Positions 27,938 through 41,400 of a stretch of DNA of 64,000 bases are shown in pieces. The number at the start of each line of letters is the position of its first letter. Positions within the stretch are counted from its first letter, which is position 1. The notes beneath the pieces were generated by a model. It saw nothing but the letters and a program-made list of their open reading frames with translations. It was not told the DNA's origin and made no database searches. This stretch comes from Obrimoposthia wandeli (Eukaryota). The position numbers and the translations under genes are program-made. The DNA lies in the NCBI GenBank assembly GCA_977020255.1, contig CDROCS010000103.1, positions 620,001 through 684,000 on the forward strand, in the 5' to 3' direction.

Positions 27938-30601
27938 TCATATGAAATAATATTCACATTTTGAAGTATCAAATGCTCGACAATATTGATTTGCCAGTTT
28001 CCTTCGTAAATCTTGAGTTCTTTGGGAAGGTGATGATTTGAGTATTTGGGTCGATTTCTTACATTCACCCAAAGAGCTGGTAATTTGGAATTTGCGACTC
28101 TTTGGCTCATATTTCTGAATGGTGAAAGAATAACATATACATTTCTGAGAGATAATTTTATTGATCAGCTTCTGGGTGGAGATTGAGTTAACAAAGTGGC
28201 AGAAAAGAACATTAATTCCATGGAAATTTTGCGCTTCTACTGTGGTAGCGGTGGCAGGTGGTCCGGCAACTTGATCCTGTATCACGAACTCGATACGGCA
28301 GCCCACTGGACAGCGTTCCTGAACCGAGAGGAGAGTGTTGAGCTGGAGAAATTGCGACTGGAACCGGCAAAGGTTGATCTGAGCGCGAACCACAGCAAAG
28401 CATGGGCAGTAACTACGCGTCTTGGATTGGAACAAGAAGGTAGGCTGTTTGTCTTCGATCCAAAAGAAGTTACTGGTGAAGATGGAAAACACGCAGCGGT
28501 GACAATGGAGTGCCTCTAGTGTGTACAGATTATCCGTATTGTTTTCCAGTCGCTGGAAGGTGCTCGGCGTGACGAAGCAGGCCTGTACGATGTTGCTGAT
28601 GGCCAACTGTCTGCAGTGTGGCCTGTGGACTAGCGGATAGAGAACCTGATTGACGAGGAGCAGCACTACACCGGCCACAAGAAGACAGCTGACAGCCGAC
28701 ACGATGAGAACATTGAGTCGCACCACCTCACAGGATTCCACACGGTGGCCATGGAAACCCGAAAGAAGAGCAACGGTGCGATAGAGTTCAACTGCTTCTG
28801 AAATCTTCTCGCTAATGTCGTCGTGGATCAGAATGGTATAGTTTGGAACGAGCTTGCCTATTCGTACAGCGTGTTTCAGCAGCTGCTTGAATCTAGTCAT
28901 TGCAATGGCAGTTGTAGTTCGTTTATTGTAGTAGCCCAGGAATGCAACGGATATGGATAATCTGTTGTAGCTGGCTGTGTCAGCCTGATCCTCGAATTTG
29001 AAGCCCTTTGCTGCATATATTTGGCCACCGTCCGACACTAAAAAGTTGTATGGGAATGCATAGCTGTTCTCTAACCTGCGAATTTGATCGGAACAAGAAA
29101 TCTCGGTGTAACAACTGCAAGCCGGATGCGCGGTCGCCGTAACGATGACATACTTGGTTGGAGTCTTTGAGAAACGTTTATCGAGTGATGGTGATGGAAG
29201 TGGTAAGTAGGAATCACGGGGAAAGATCTGGAAGTTTTTGAGGACTTCTTCCTCGTAGGGGTAGGCATCATAGATATCACAATCATTGGCTAGTGGAAAG
29301 TTGGCCTCTGTGACATTGATAAGCACGAAGTTCTCATAACCGCTGCTCACCATCAACCAGTCAAGAGTTCTCCACTGGCCTTGGCCCCACTGCTCCGTTC
29401 CATTGCTGTCCAGAATCTTCACGATCCGGAAACTCTGAGTTGTTTGACAGTGATACACGATATCATACGCGATCACAGGCTTGGTATGTGAATCAATGTC
29501 GTGGCAATTCGCAGCATTGGTCCAATTTCCCACAATCCTGCCACATTTGACAGCGATAATCCACACATTCTGGTTAGACGCTAATTTCCTGCACTGTCCA
29601 ACTTGGAATGTTGGAATGGGTTTGACAACAGAATCACTAGAAGAACTGCTACAGAAAATCCAGGTGTAGACGTAATATGTGTACAATGAAATATTGCAAT
29701 CATTGTCGATATATAGTTCCCCACAAATCGAATTATTGGTCGCTACTAATATGCATTTGGAACCTTTCTTGGAGTACAAGGCTCTTTGACAGTCAGTGTG
29801 AAGTTGGCAACTCTCCAGACAATCTTCGTACTGATTGGTGTAGAAGTTTATTACAATTTTGAACCCATATTTTGGTAATGGGATGGACTGATTTGAAATT
29901 CGCCAGAAACCGGCAGAGTGACCTTTACGGGAAAAGCATTTGTTGCTTGGCTTTGGCAACTTGTAGTTAGGGGAACAGTGCCAATAGAAAGCTGTCCAAT
30001 GCAGATTCCGTCTGTAGACTAATTTGTCAACGGGAAACTGCAATATCAGCTCACAATCTCTCTTATTGTTTGAGCTTTGTTTGATATCAAGGACGTTGAT
30101 AGCACCACAAGATGGAGTTTGCAGACAAAGTTCCATGCATGAAGCTTGGCCCCAGACTTTCAGAGATTTCAGAGGTAAACTAAGCATTTTGTTGGAGAAC
30201 TTATAGTTGAATCGTTTGGTCCAAAACCCCGGACAACGGTTATTTCCGGTTGGCTGGTAACTCGAATTGGAGTTGCAGCACTTCCACACGGATATGCTGT
30301 CAGCGTTTTGTATCGACATGTAGTCTCTGGAGCTGTACAAACGACATATTTTGGCATGGTTGCTCCACACAGACATCACACATGAGTCGTTAATATTACA
30401 CTGATTTACACAGAGTTTGTTTGATGTCAAATTACAGCTCGTGATGAGCTTGGCCATTGGTTTTGGGTGGCCTGTTATTGTCAATTTGTAACCGGGACAT
30501 TTATTCAAGTTTATGATCTCACATACATAGCTATTCTTGGAATTCTGACACTGCGCTGTTGTCAGAATAACGATGAGTACAACCACAATGGACTGAAGCA
30601 T
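27938..30601 (-). CDS. 887-aa predicted type I membrane protein: signal peptide, 3 PAN/apple domains, non-catalytic PGRP (amidase_2 fold) domain, TM helix, Cys-containing tail
   Basis: Uninterrupted 2.66-kb ORF. Hydrophobic N-terminus; three C...C.....C....C.L modules (~30440-29700); PGRP motifs KYVIVTAT, PYNFLVSDGGQIY, YNRLSISVAFLG, GKLVPNYTILIH (~29230-28750); hydrophobic LNVLIVSAVSCLLVAGVVLLLV (~28720-28650). Confidence 0.85.
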   Translation of the reverse strand: MLQSIVVVLIVILTTAQCQNSKNSYVCEIINLNKCPGYKLTITGHPKPMAKLITSCNLTSNKLCVNQCNINDSCVMSVWSNHAKICRLYSSRDYMSIQNADSISVWKCCNSNSSYQPTGNNRCPGFWTKRFNYKFSNKMLSLPLKSLKVWGQASCMELCLQTPSCGAINVLDIKQSSNNKRDCELILQFPVDKLVYRRNLHWTAFYWHCSPNYKLPKPSNKCFSRKGHSAGFWRISNQSIPLPKYGFKIVINFYTNQYEDCLESCQLHTDCQRALYSKKGSKCILVATNNSICGELYIDNDCNISLYTYYVYTWIFCSSSSSDSVVKPIPTFQVGQCRKLASNQNVWIIAVKCGRIVGNWTNAANCHDIDSHTKPVIAYDIVYHCQTTQSFRIVKILDSNGTEQWGQGQWRTLDWLMVSSGYENFVLINVTEANFPLANDCDIYDAYPYEEEVLKNFQIFPRDSYLPLPSPSLDKRFSKTPTKYVIVTATAHPACSCYTEISCSDQIRRLENSYAFPYNFLVSDGGQIYAAKGFKFEDQADTASYNRLSISVAFLGYYNKRTTTAIAMTRFKQLLKHAVRIGKLVPNYTILIHDDISEKISEAVELYRTVALLSGFHGHRVESCEVVRLNVLIVSAVSCLLVAGVVLLLVNQVLYPLVHRPHCRQLAISNIVQACFVTPSTFQRLENNTDNLYTLEALHCHRCVFSIFTSNFFWIEDKQPTFLFQSKTRSYCPCFAVVRAQINLCRFQSQFLQLNTLLSVQERCPVGCRIEFVIQDQVAGPPATATTVEAQNFHGINVLFCHFVNSISTQKLINKIISQKCICYSFTIQKYEPKSRKFQITSSLGECKKSTQILKSSPSQRTQDLRRKLANQYCRAFDTSKCEYYFI

Positions 30602-31639
30602 TTGATCGTTTCTTTGTGTTTTTGAGAAGAACTCGAATCAATTCTCTCGCACTTTTCGTCAGGTTGACAATTAACTTGGACTAAGCAATCAATATTTATA
30701 ACATTCATTAAGCTATTCAAATACACACTTAAATTCAAGCTTGTACAATTATAAATTCTACTGCCATTCATTTGTCACCGACTGCATAGTAAAATGTGTG
30801 TCTCATCTTCCAACAAAATCGTCAATATCGACCTTGATTGAAATGTTTAAGTCCAAATCATTTGCACAATTGTGATAAACAAAGGGTTCATTATACTTGA
30901 ACCATCCACAGCATACACATTAATAGAGACTGGGTGCAAATGTATTTCTATAATATTTTTATCGAACAATAATAATAATAATCTGTTTTCTGAGTTTATA
31001 TGAAATAAAATAACGTTATAACTATCAACACATTCTTTATAGACAAAAACTACATATTGAAATCAACATTTGTTTTCCTTGTATACCAAAAACAGCTCAT
31101 TGCATTTTCTTTCTCTATATTGTGTTATATTCTTCTGCCAATTGATGAAGTATCCATCTGTTGCGCAAATGCATTTTCCTCATTGTCATTTAATTTTTTG
31201 TCATTTAATTGAGTTGTACATTAATACAGTCTCAAGACAGATTTGAATTTAATTGACAAAGTACCTATTACCCATGGTTTATCGTCAGGATCAAATATCC
31301 CTTCCATGAACTTAGGTGTCCATCGTCTGAGCCTTGTATCTGTCAAGGTATCTCTAGTCATTGTTCCTTTCTGATATAATTACAATTATTGTATCTGAGA
31401 ACTTTCTTCCATAAAAAATAAATTATCGTATTTTTCGGCATACAAGTTACTACTGTTTTCCTAAAAATATTTGGGTGCAGCATATATATGTGTGAACGAA
31501 GTCCTTTAAATGATCGAAGCTTATAAGCGAAAAAAATAATGCAAAAAAATAAAACTTGAGAATGATTGATAGATTTATATTAATTTTATAATATCAATTA
31601 TACAATAACAGCACTGCGTTAATTTGGACTTCCAGAGAA

Positions 31640-31970
31640 GCCATCAAACTGTTCAATGTCTGAATCTGAATGAAATAATTCATAAATAACAGAAGGTTCT
31701 TTCTGGGAGTATGCAGTTTTCATCAGATAAACGGGAATATTTTTGCATTTCGGAATGGTCACCTGGTTTTATTTCCTATATTAGCCTTCATGGTTTTCCA
31801 TTGCTATATGTAAATTTGTCTTCTTGTTTTCTCCAATCTCAAACGAGTTACTCTGATATTCCATATTATCTGCCTGTTGTTTTGTTTCCATTGTCTTTAG
31901 CAAACGGATTAGATTCCAGCTAAGAAACGACTGTATAGCTTTTTCTTGTCGAAATGAACAGCATGTATAC
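31640..31970 (-). mobile_element. Possible pogo/Tigger-type transposase C-terminal relic
   Basis: Ends in ELFHSDSDIEQFDGF, the kind of acidic tail seen at pogo-like transposase C-termini; no catalytic motifs seen. Confidence 0.3.
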
Positions 31971-34900
31971 AAAATAATAATATATATTTTGAATAAATTC
32001 GATTTTAATATTTTTATTTTAATAATATCTACATAACAAAAGAACTACAAAAATATAATCTAGTAAACCTCTTTGGTGTGATTGTCACTCGTCCATCTAT
32101 CGGAACTGAAATTGCAAGTGTAACTTATGAAAAAGTGCTAATAATAGTGCAAAAAACGGAGTTGTTTTGGTTTGAGACATCCATTGTTTACAAAAAGATA
32201 GTTTCAATAACACAAAAATAATAAAAAAATGTGTCACGCAGTTATGCGATAGTAAGTATTATTAAACTTAATGAACGAACCTAGATAACAATGCATAGAT
32301 TAATAAAAACGTTATTTCGATTACTGACACAACTTTTCTGTTAAACTTGTAAATATTTCTAGAATAATTTCAAAACTCATAAAAAACTGATATATTTTTG
32401 GCTTCAAAACATTTTCTTATTATTCCTTTTACCTCTCTTAACGTATTTTGTACAGATAAATCAGGTGAAGTTATACATAAATTATTTAAACAAAACATGT
32501 TGGCCACTAATTGAAAATGTTCGAATTTACTAAAGTTCAGCTTGAATCAACAAATATGAAATAAACAATGAAATGTGATTGAAATATTCATATTTCTCTC
32601 ATGTGCAAATTAATAAATGACCTTTGAACAAATGCTGCAATGTTACATTGTCTATCAATCCTTATGTTTTCTAGCTTTGTAAACAGGAATTGGCTTAAAT
32701 TAAAAGGAGGTAGAGTGAACCTTACCCTTTATCTCCTAGATTAAATTTTTTTTCGGATCTTTATAATTTTTGCTGTGAATGGTATTGATAATAAAAACAT
32801 AAAAAAAATTCCTGCATGGCATATACTTTCCAAGATATAAGTTGTTGCCATATGGCTACGCTAGTAAAATATAGGTACATGTTTATTTTTTTAAAAAATA
32901 ATTAAAAAAGATAATTTTGGCGTTGCCATATAGCAATGCTAGGAGATAATGGGTTAATGGTTAAATTTTTTGTATGTCTACAAAGTATAGTTCGTGAATT
33001 ACTAAAAAATGAATTTGTAACAGTTATTTTTAAAACTTCAATCTTGAAATGCAATACACAGTTGAAACTGATATTAATTGGAAAATTAAAATCAAAATGA
33101 TTTTGTAATTTCTGAAACAATAAAAACATAATACGTAAATTATACACAATCTTATCACTCATAGTTAGAAGTAATAAATTCTGAATTAATGTTTTAAATG
33201 TTGACTTTTTATTATTTCAGGTCGGTTTTCTCTATAATGTAACCATGACCAAATACATATTCATGTAAAACATAAAAAAAAACTTTTATTTAAGAATAAT
33301 TAAAATGTTGAAACGATTGCAGCTGATTTCGGACTTAATTAATGCAACAAACCTTGAAAACAATTTGTTACAGCTTATAATTGATGTATTCGAAATGTAG
33401 AAGTAGACATTTAAAAATAATTTATGTCGAAGTTTGCATAATTATAATAGTTACAATATATTATTTTACTTTCGTATATGGATATGTCCGGTTTAATCCT
33501 CCCATATCCATTCACGAGGCGTATGCAAGCCTATATCCTTTAAAACGATACAAGTGTGTATGTAGAAACATTTCGTGCTTGCGAGTATTATCTGAAAAAT
33601 AATTTTTGTGTAGTTTTCTTGATCATATTTAAAATATGTTAATGACTATTTCATTTATTTCACATCCTACCTCAAAGGATAAACTTGTCGTAGACGAGAT
33701 TTTAGATGATAACTTTGTATGAATATATGACCACACCTTTTACGAATAGGTGGAGGGCAAAAATATGTATTGCATACTTATGTAATTTAACAGAGAATTA
33801 ATAAAACACAAAACAAAAAAACGCAGTACATTTAATAAATCAACACAAATATTAAATATAAAACACCACATAGCCTCACTCAAAGTCCAAAGAGGTTGTA
33901 TTTTATTTGTCGTCATCAACATAATATCTATTGGAATTGAAATATTTTTCTCCATCTAAATTCGGACTAATCAAATGACAAGGGTAATCTCCAAAAACAA
34001 CACAGGGACAGCGTCAATCTTAAAAGAATTTCCTTCATATGAGAATTTCCTTATGAAAATTTCCTTAAAATAATTTCCTTCATCAGGTATGTAAAATTCT
34101 TCAAACGGTTTGGAACTAATCAAAATCATATTATTATCATTTTATAAATTTTTTCTTTGAGAAGTCATTTAGGGTTAAATTTTTTTTGTAAATAACTCAA
34201 AACAAAAAAATCTTAAAAATTAAAACTAATAAAATACAAATTTTAAATAATAGTTATGTTTAAATAAAATCAAATATTATTAAACAATATTTATAAAAAA
34301 CAAAATAAAACTTATTATAATTTATTATTTGAATAAGGTCAATGTGCAGAATAACTTAATTGAAAAAAACAGTGACAACAAATAAAAAATAACATAGAAA
34401 AACATAAATAAAATAAATAGTCAATAAATGTTAAATTTTTCAAAAATAAGTAGCTTTGTTTCAATTTTATTTTTTGTTTAACATTGAAGTAAATTTTTTA
34501 CAGCCCATTGCTTTTATTTTAGAACTGCATCAATATCAACGTCTCTTCCATACTCATCTATAAATGATTAAATCTCTTCGTTTATAAAATTCGTGTTTAG
34601 CTCATTTTAATTTGAGAACTATTTTTATTCAACTTTCTGTTTAATATATTTTATAGATAAAATCTAAACCTTTCACAAATAGTTGAACTTTCTTCAAAAT
34701 CTAGACTTTGCATTTGAAATATTTTTTTCACTTCTTCATATCTACTCTTATCCGAATCTTCATCATCACTCAGTATTTATTGACTATATTCCACCATTGA
34801 TACTTGTCTTTGGTATGAATGTATTTATTATGATTCGTTCTCCAATGAACTCTCCATTTATACTAATTTATAACAAATACATACATTTAATTAGTCAATA

Positions 34901-37849
34901 TGACTAATTCATTAAATTTGATTGGAAGAAATATGCGATTCTTTAATAATCTAATTACAAAAAGTTTGCAAAATATTTACAGAAAATGATCGAAAAAGGA
35001 CAATTTTAACATATATAAAGCATATTATTATATTTAACAATTTTAATCTGATTAAACTTATAATATAAAGTATAAAGAAAGAATAGAAGTCAATATTTTA
35101 TACTTACCAATTAATGACCAGAAGCCGAGAAAATCTGTAAACATTTGACAAATATTTAATTGTTATTTTTCCTTTTAGTTAGTATTTCTTTTTCTAGAAA
35201 ATTAATGGATTTGATCCTCTTTTCTGGTGTGTTCATCGGAGTCACCTTCCTGATTTTGATGTTTGTCAACAATGTGATCAGAAATAATGTCTGAAATGAA
35301 TAGTTAGTTGTTTATATCTAACCTTGCCTGATTGATCCTGATTTTGATTGGATGTTTCACATCAATTGTATCCATGGATATGTAATAGAATGTATGTTAA
35401 CATTGATTATGTTTATACTAGGTGTGTGTATATGTGTTAGTATTTATTTATTTATACCACATGTATATTTTAGTATTAGTAGAAAAGTTTTTGTAAAATA
35501 TATGTTGTTTACATGTAAAGGTTTTTATAAAAAAATCGTAATAAAAATTTTATATTTTACAAACATTACAAACATTCAGTTCTTTAATTAGATAACATCT
35601 CACATACACATTCCAAACTGATTTTCAACTTATTAGAAATGTATACTAAATTTATAACGCAGAAAAGTTTTGTTTTGGTTTAAATTTCAATCGGAATATA
35701 TTTTCTATTAAATACGTGTGTGACATATTTAGCAGTACACATATTTACTAAATACTTACAATGATTTATGTATACATATATCTATATACTTTGTTTAATG
35801 ATTTTAATGATTTTATTATCTTTTATTATCTTTATAATCATTCTAACATGTATTTTTAATATAATTGAAAAATGTATTAACACATATTTATCAACTAATT
35901 TCTTTGTCAAAATAAATTAATATAAATTTAAATGTAAATTTGAATGTAAATATACAATGTTTAACTAATTTTATTGTAATATTTATACATATTCTTGAGT
36001 GAATGTAACCAATTTTATATATGGTCATTTAAACTTTAAATTTAATATGTATCGGTAGTTATAGCAATACATTAATATTGGATGATATAGATATTATTAT
36101 TATATATTTGCTCTATAATCATACTATACTTTAAAGTAATTTGATGGTATAATTATTACTATGTAAATTATTTTTTGGTGTATTTACTGAAGAAATACTA
36201 CTATTTTCTAATTTAACATAAAAGTAATTGAAATTCAAGCGTTTTTTACTAATATGTTTTATTATATGAATTTACTTAATAACTCATTGCTTGATAATCA
36301 TAGATTTACTTTAAATATATGTTGATTAAAAGATTTTATTGAAATATTTATAGATATTTTCACAATAAATACATCTATGAAAAGGTTATATACAATTAAA
36401 TAATCGATTTTTATTCATTAATTTTTAAACTATAATATTTATGTTTTACAATGAAACATAATAAAAAATATTTTTTTTAATGCATCAATAAAATTAATCC
36501 TGTACGAGTATATAAGAGAATCATTTAAGTTTCATTTCATTATTTATAAAATGGAGTTCAAACAAATGAAGAAGCTCATGGCGCAATAGGGAAGAATATC
36601 AAGAAGAATGCAAAACAAGAGACAAGCTGATTTTAAATCTGAATTTTATGCCACTGTCGCATTGGAATGGAATAAGAAGACACAAGATAGGCGACTAGCT
36701 GAAGAAGGCTCTGGAGTGGAATATGAAGGTGGAGTTGGAGAACAATCAGTTGATAGAAAGAAGAAAGGTGGGCATGGAAGCAAAATGTAGAGCTAAAAAC
36801 AGGAAGCTGTTGATGTAGGGTATGTGATAATAAGCACGAAAAAGGTACTACATCCTCAACCTAAAGTAAAACTTGTAACAAAATAAATATTGATTTGATG
36901 TTTTTAAATTTTTGTCTTTTAATTTTTATCATGACTAAATATTACTAAGTATAATCGAATTCTCCATATGGCTGATTTTCCTTCACTTGATATTGATACT
37001 TCTGAATATCAGGGAATAATGGAATTAAGTGTGAAACCTATAGTATAATATGAAAAGTAAATTAGTTTACATTAATTTAATCGATATATTATGATAAAAT
37101 CGTTTATTTTATATGTTTCAGTTAATTATATAGTTATAATATATAAAGACACAAAAACAACAACAATTAATTATATTGTGATAACATTCTTTCTGTCAAT
37201 ATATGCCATAGAAGAGACACTCGTCCAAATTTCCCCTTCTTATATCCATTGATACGTACTTTAACTTGATAAAATTCCAATTTGGGACACGTGGTTATAG
37301 AGTTTCCAAATTCATCCGTAAAGTTTGCTTTAAATCCGCTGATGTGATAAAATGAGTGTAAAAATTTGAAATTTGGAGATTAGCAATCGAATTTTCTTGA
37401 GGAGAGTTATATCCTTATGGTGAATATTCTTCATGAAAAAGATTCCCAAATTACAATCTATCTTCAATGGATACCAGGTTTAGTGACTACATATTCAGAG
37501 AAGTTTGAATTATCGTAAAGTAGAAGTTCTATTTCATATTTAGAGAAAGTTTGAATTATCGTAAAGTAGAAATTTGATTGGGACTAAATAACATTTTTAA
37601 TTAACAAGGCAGATTTGGTTTAAAGCGTAAAATCAATAGAAGGTCATTTCCTTGTTACAGTGTGTCTTAAGTAATTGTTGTTAGACAACCTACTTGTCAA
37701 TTTGTTAAATCCATTTTAGTTGGTATAATAATATATTTCTTTCCTACAGATCGACTAGATTAATTTTAGGTAACCACCGTATAGCCGTAGAGCACACACT
37801 ACATTAGTTGTATTTATTAGATTTTGCCAAAATTGCAGTTCTACTATAT

Positions 37850-38400
37850 GTGGTGGGTTCCGGAGATAAGAAGGCAACATAATGGTCACTGGATTGTAAA
37901 ATGAGTTTTGCACTTCTTAAAGAAAAATTATGAACAGGTCCCATTTTAAACATTCTCAGACAAAATTAAAAAAATATACAGACCCAAGCTTTGGTGTGAT
38001 TGAAGCAATATTGAGCCAAATGGATGAAATGAGAAACGAAAAAGTGACTGCATTTGCTTCAAGACATTTGACTTCTTTTTAAAAAGGATTTTGTGTTTCC
38101 AGAAAAGAACCTTTATCAGTATTAAAATGTATTATGCATTTAGAAATATATTTATATGGAACAGAAGGCTTGGCAAGAATATATCATAAAGCATTTATGT
38201 TTTTAAGAACAAGTTAAAAAAACAATCCTAATTTTTAAACATGGCTGACAAATTTATCAGAATTTAATTTTAAGTTAAAACATCGCAAAGGTATTGACCA
38301 CGGTAATGCCGATAGCATGTCAATATTGAATGAAACAGTATGTGCTCAATGTGAAACTAAACATATAGACGCAAAAGAAAAGTGATATAAAATACGATAT
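37850..38400 (+). mobile_element. Ty3/gypsy RT-connection/RNase H relic (separate old element)
   Basis: DPSFGVIEAILSQ, KVTAFASR, SRKEPLSV, HKAFMFL, WLTNLSEFNFKLKHRKGIDHGNADSMS, CAQC; several stops. Confidence 0.85.
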
Positions 38401-41400
38401 ATTCACTTACTAAATGAAGACAACTTCTAGAACAAGATAAGGAAAATACAACAAGAACATATTCACGCAAAATAAATAAACTTTTTCTCAAACTAGTAAG
38501 AATTTATCAGAAGAATGTAAAATAAGTTGGATTTATCAGATTTTAAAAAAATTGAAACTCTTTAATGATATTCTTTATTTTGAAAAATTTATATACCTCC
38601 AAATAACGCTAATGAAAGAATTAATGGAATTCACCAGGATCTTTTTCACAAAGGATTTTAAGTATATATATGTTAGGCTGAAAGTCTTGAATCTGATCGA
38701 TGCTGCACAACCCGCTTTCTTTCCGTGTCCTGTCTGAACACTCCTTCACCATTCCATAATACAGCTGACGGTTCAGAACCTTCTAAGAATTTTAACCTTC
38801 TCCTTGACCCATGCCACCAGCTCCTTCATTTTTTGTAATTATATTATTTGTCAATAATGAAATGAATCACATGTTGAACCTATAAGTATTATTTTCTAAA
38901 TACATCTATTTCCATTTTATTTTCCAAATATTTAATTCATATAAAATAAATTAATTTTAATAGCATTTAAGAATTTCTTTTAGTTTTAAAGTTTTCCTAA
39001 GTTATAAATGGTTGAATGAAAATTAATTAAATGAATTTAAATAAGAATTTTAACGAGAATTATGAATATAAATATTCATATATAAATAATTTTCCTCTAA
39101 ACAATATTTAACATTATTTAACATATAAGCTCGTGAATTTTAAAAGAACTAAGGTAAATAATAAAAACTACAAAAAACAGAATTGATATAATTACTTATG
39201 TTTAAATTAAATACCCATAATTTTTTAAAGAGCCTTTAATTAGCGTAAAATAAAAATCTAATTAATCAAAGATCGAAGTAAAAAAAAAGAATGCACATTA
39301 TTTTTTAAATTATATTTTAGAAACACATTTATCAAAGTCATCGTCAAGTAGACCCATTCGAAATTGTTGTGGTCTAGTAATTAGCTGGTCCAGCTTCTTC
39401 GGGCCTCCAAGCTTCGTTTTTAGGGTAGAACTATTGATTGTTATGCAGTAAATGCCGTCCCTGGTGGCTTTAGCTGTGCCTGTTAAAAGAGAGAAGAAAA
39501 TGAACCACAAAGATTCCTGCCTAAGTTGAATGAGTAGCTGCTGTTTTCTCTTTGGGGGCTCGCTTCTTTCTCTATGTTTTTTACGTCCGCATCTTCCCAC
39601 GCATTCACTGTTGTGATGGTAGCAGTTGTTGTGGGTGTGGAATTACCAAATCAAATAAGGCTTCGTTTAAGCCCGCACTGAGCCAGGCCTGTTACATATT
39701 CGGGCTGGTTGATACCGCAGTCTGATGTGTGGTTTCCTCATCTTGTTCTGCTTGCATTAGGGTTTTGGCTCAGAGTTCAATCAGCGGCGAGAGAAGCTCT
39801 TTTGGGATGAATGGGATCGTCTCGTCTAAGTTTGGCCCGTCGCGAGTATCTTCTGCTGAACTCTCAACTTCTTTAGTTGGCACCTTGGGAGTGGCATCTC
39901 TCAGCTTCTCCTGCAGTTGCTGCACCCGGTTGGGTTCCTGTATGAATATAGTTTTGTTTTCTTATATGAAATTCTTTACTTGTAGCTTCTCAGAACATGC
40001 CAGGTGTCAAAGCTGAGTCCTTGGAAGCTCTCGGTTTGATTGGCTCGCTATGCTATCTGGTTCGAGCTGCCTCTTCATCAAAGTTACCGATGGCACTATA
40101 TCGAGCTGGATTTTCTAGATAACAATCGCACCTGCGTGGCTTTGAGTCAGTGAGTCCGTTAGTTAGTGAACAGCCGCTACTCGTCTTCATTTAATACGTC
40201 AATGACTGGCTCACTTCTGGCAGAAGATTCTCGGAATATTATGTGACATTAATCCACTCCTCGAGGAAAGGAGCGACTCCTTCTTCCACCTACACTATAT
40301 ATCGTTCAGTCAGAAGGCCACTGCATTGGTCATTTGGGCAACCTACATCGTGCGGAGAGAGGTTCGAGCTATACAGTTTTAGAAGCTTATAGAGCTCTCA
40401 AAGGGACTCAAAATTCTTTTTACACTCTGAGGGAGACGTCACTTAAGTGTTTCAGTTATTTCACAAACTATTAAATTTTATTTTTTTGCATATAATACAT
40501 TAAAAAAAGTCTTTTATAGTGCTTTAATAATCTTTAATAAGCTTTAACAATATCATAAGTACCTGCTGACAATTTCAGAAGCTATATTAACCTAAATGAT
40601 AGCTTTAATAGCTTTTCGAAACAACGGAAGAAGTTAACTTTCTTCAACATCGCTCCAATTTGATTTTTTCCATTTTTTTAATTTTGACAGTTCGTTACTT
40701 TATATTAAATTTGAAGTATATTTTACGAGTTTCTAAAGTTAGTCTGTGTTTATGGATTACATAAAAATACTAAATTTAGAAATGATCAATGTCGCTGAAA
40801 CAGTTGAAATATTTAAATTAACACTGTACCAGATCATTTACCTCAAAATTTTCGTTTATACAATTCAACAAATAGAAATTTAACTTTCGAGAATTTATTG
40901 TGGTTTCGCAACTGAAGCAGATATATTTCATTTTGCTCTTTTTACAAAGGAAAATCAATGTAAAATGATAATTATCAGAGTGGATGAAATAAATTTGCCG
41001 TTGTTAGCAGCATAGGCAGGGGAATTTTGTTTGTGTAACGCACAACGATATTTATGGGCTGATCTGTCTCTTCAATCGCTGTCTTTGTTTTCGGTTTCCG
41101 GTTCACTTCTAATCACACGCTGCACGAATGAGACAATTTATGACGACCCGCGCTGCTACACGACGGCGGGTCCCTCTCTACGCTACAATGTCCTGGGGCA
41201 ATTTGAGATAATCGATGACTTTTTAACGATAATTCAAAGATTAGATTTATGAGTTATCACGGAGATTATTAACCTTTTTCTTATAAACGAGCCTCCTAAA
41301 CCTTACAAAATTGTCAAACACCCTGGTTATGAAAGGGAAATCATCCAACAAAATCTACAAAATTATCCTTGTGATTGAAGCGCCTTGATGGATGGCCGCA

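Noticed and set aside
30780-30950. LITAF-like Cys motif upstream of the PGRP gene
   Set aside because: Short, bounded by stops, and Cys spacing does not match.
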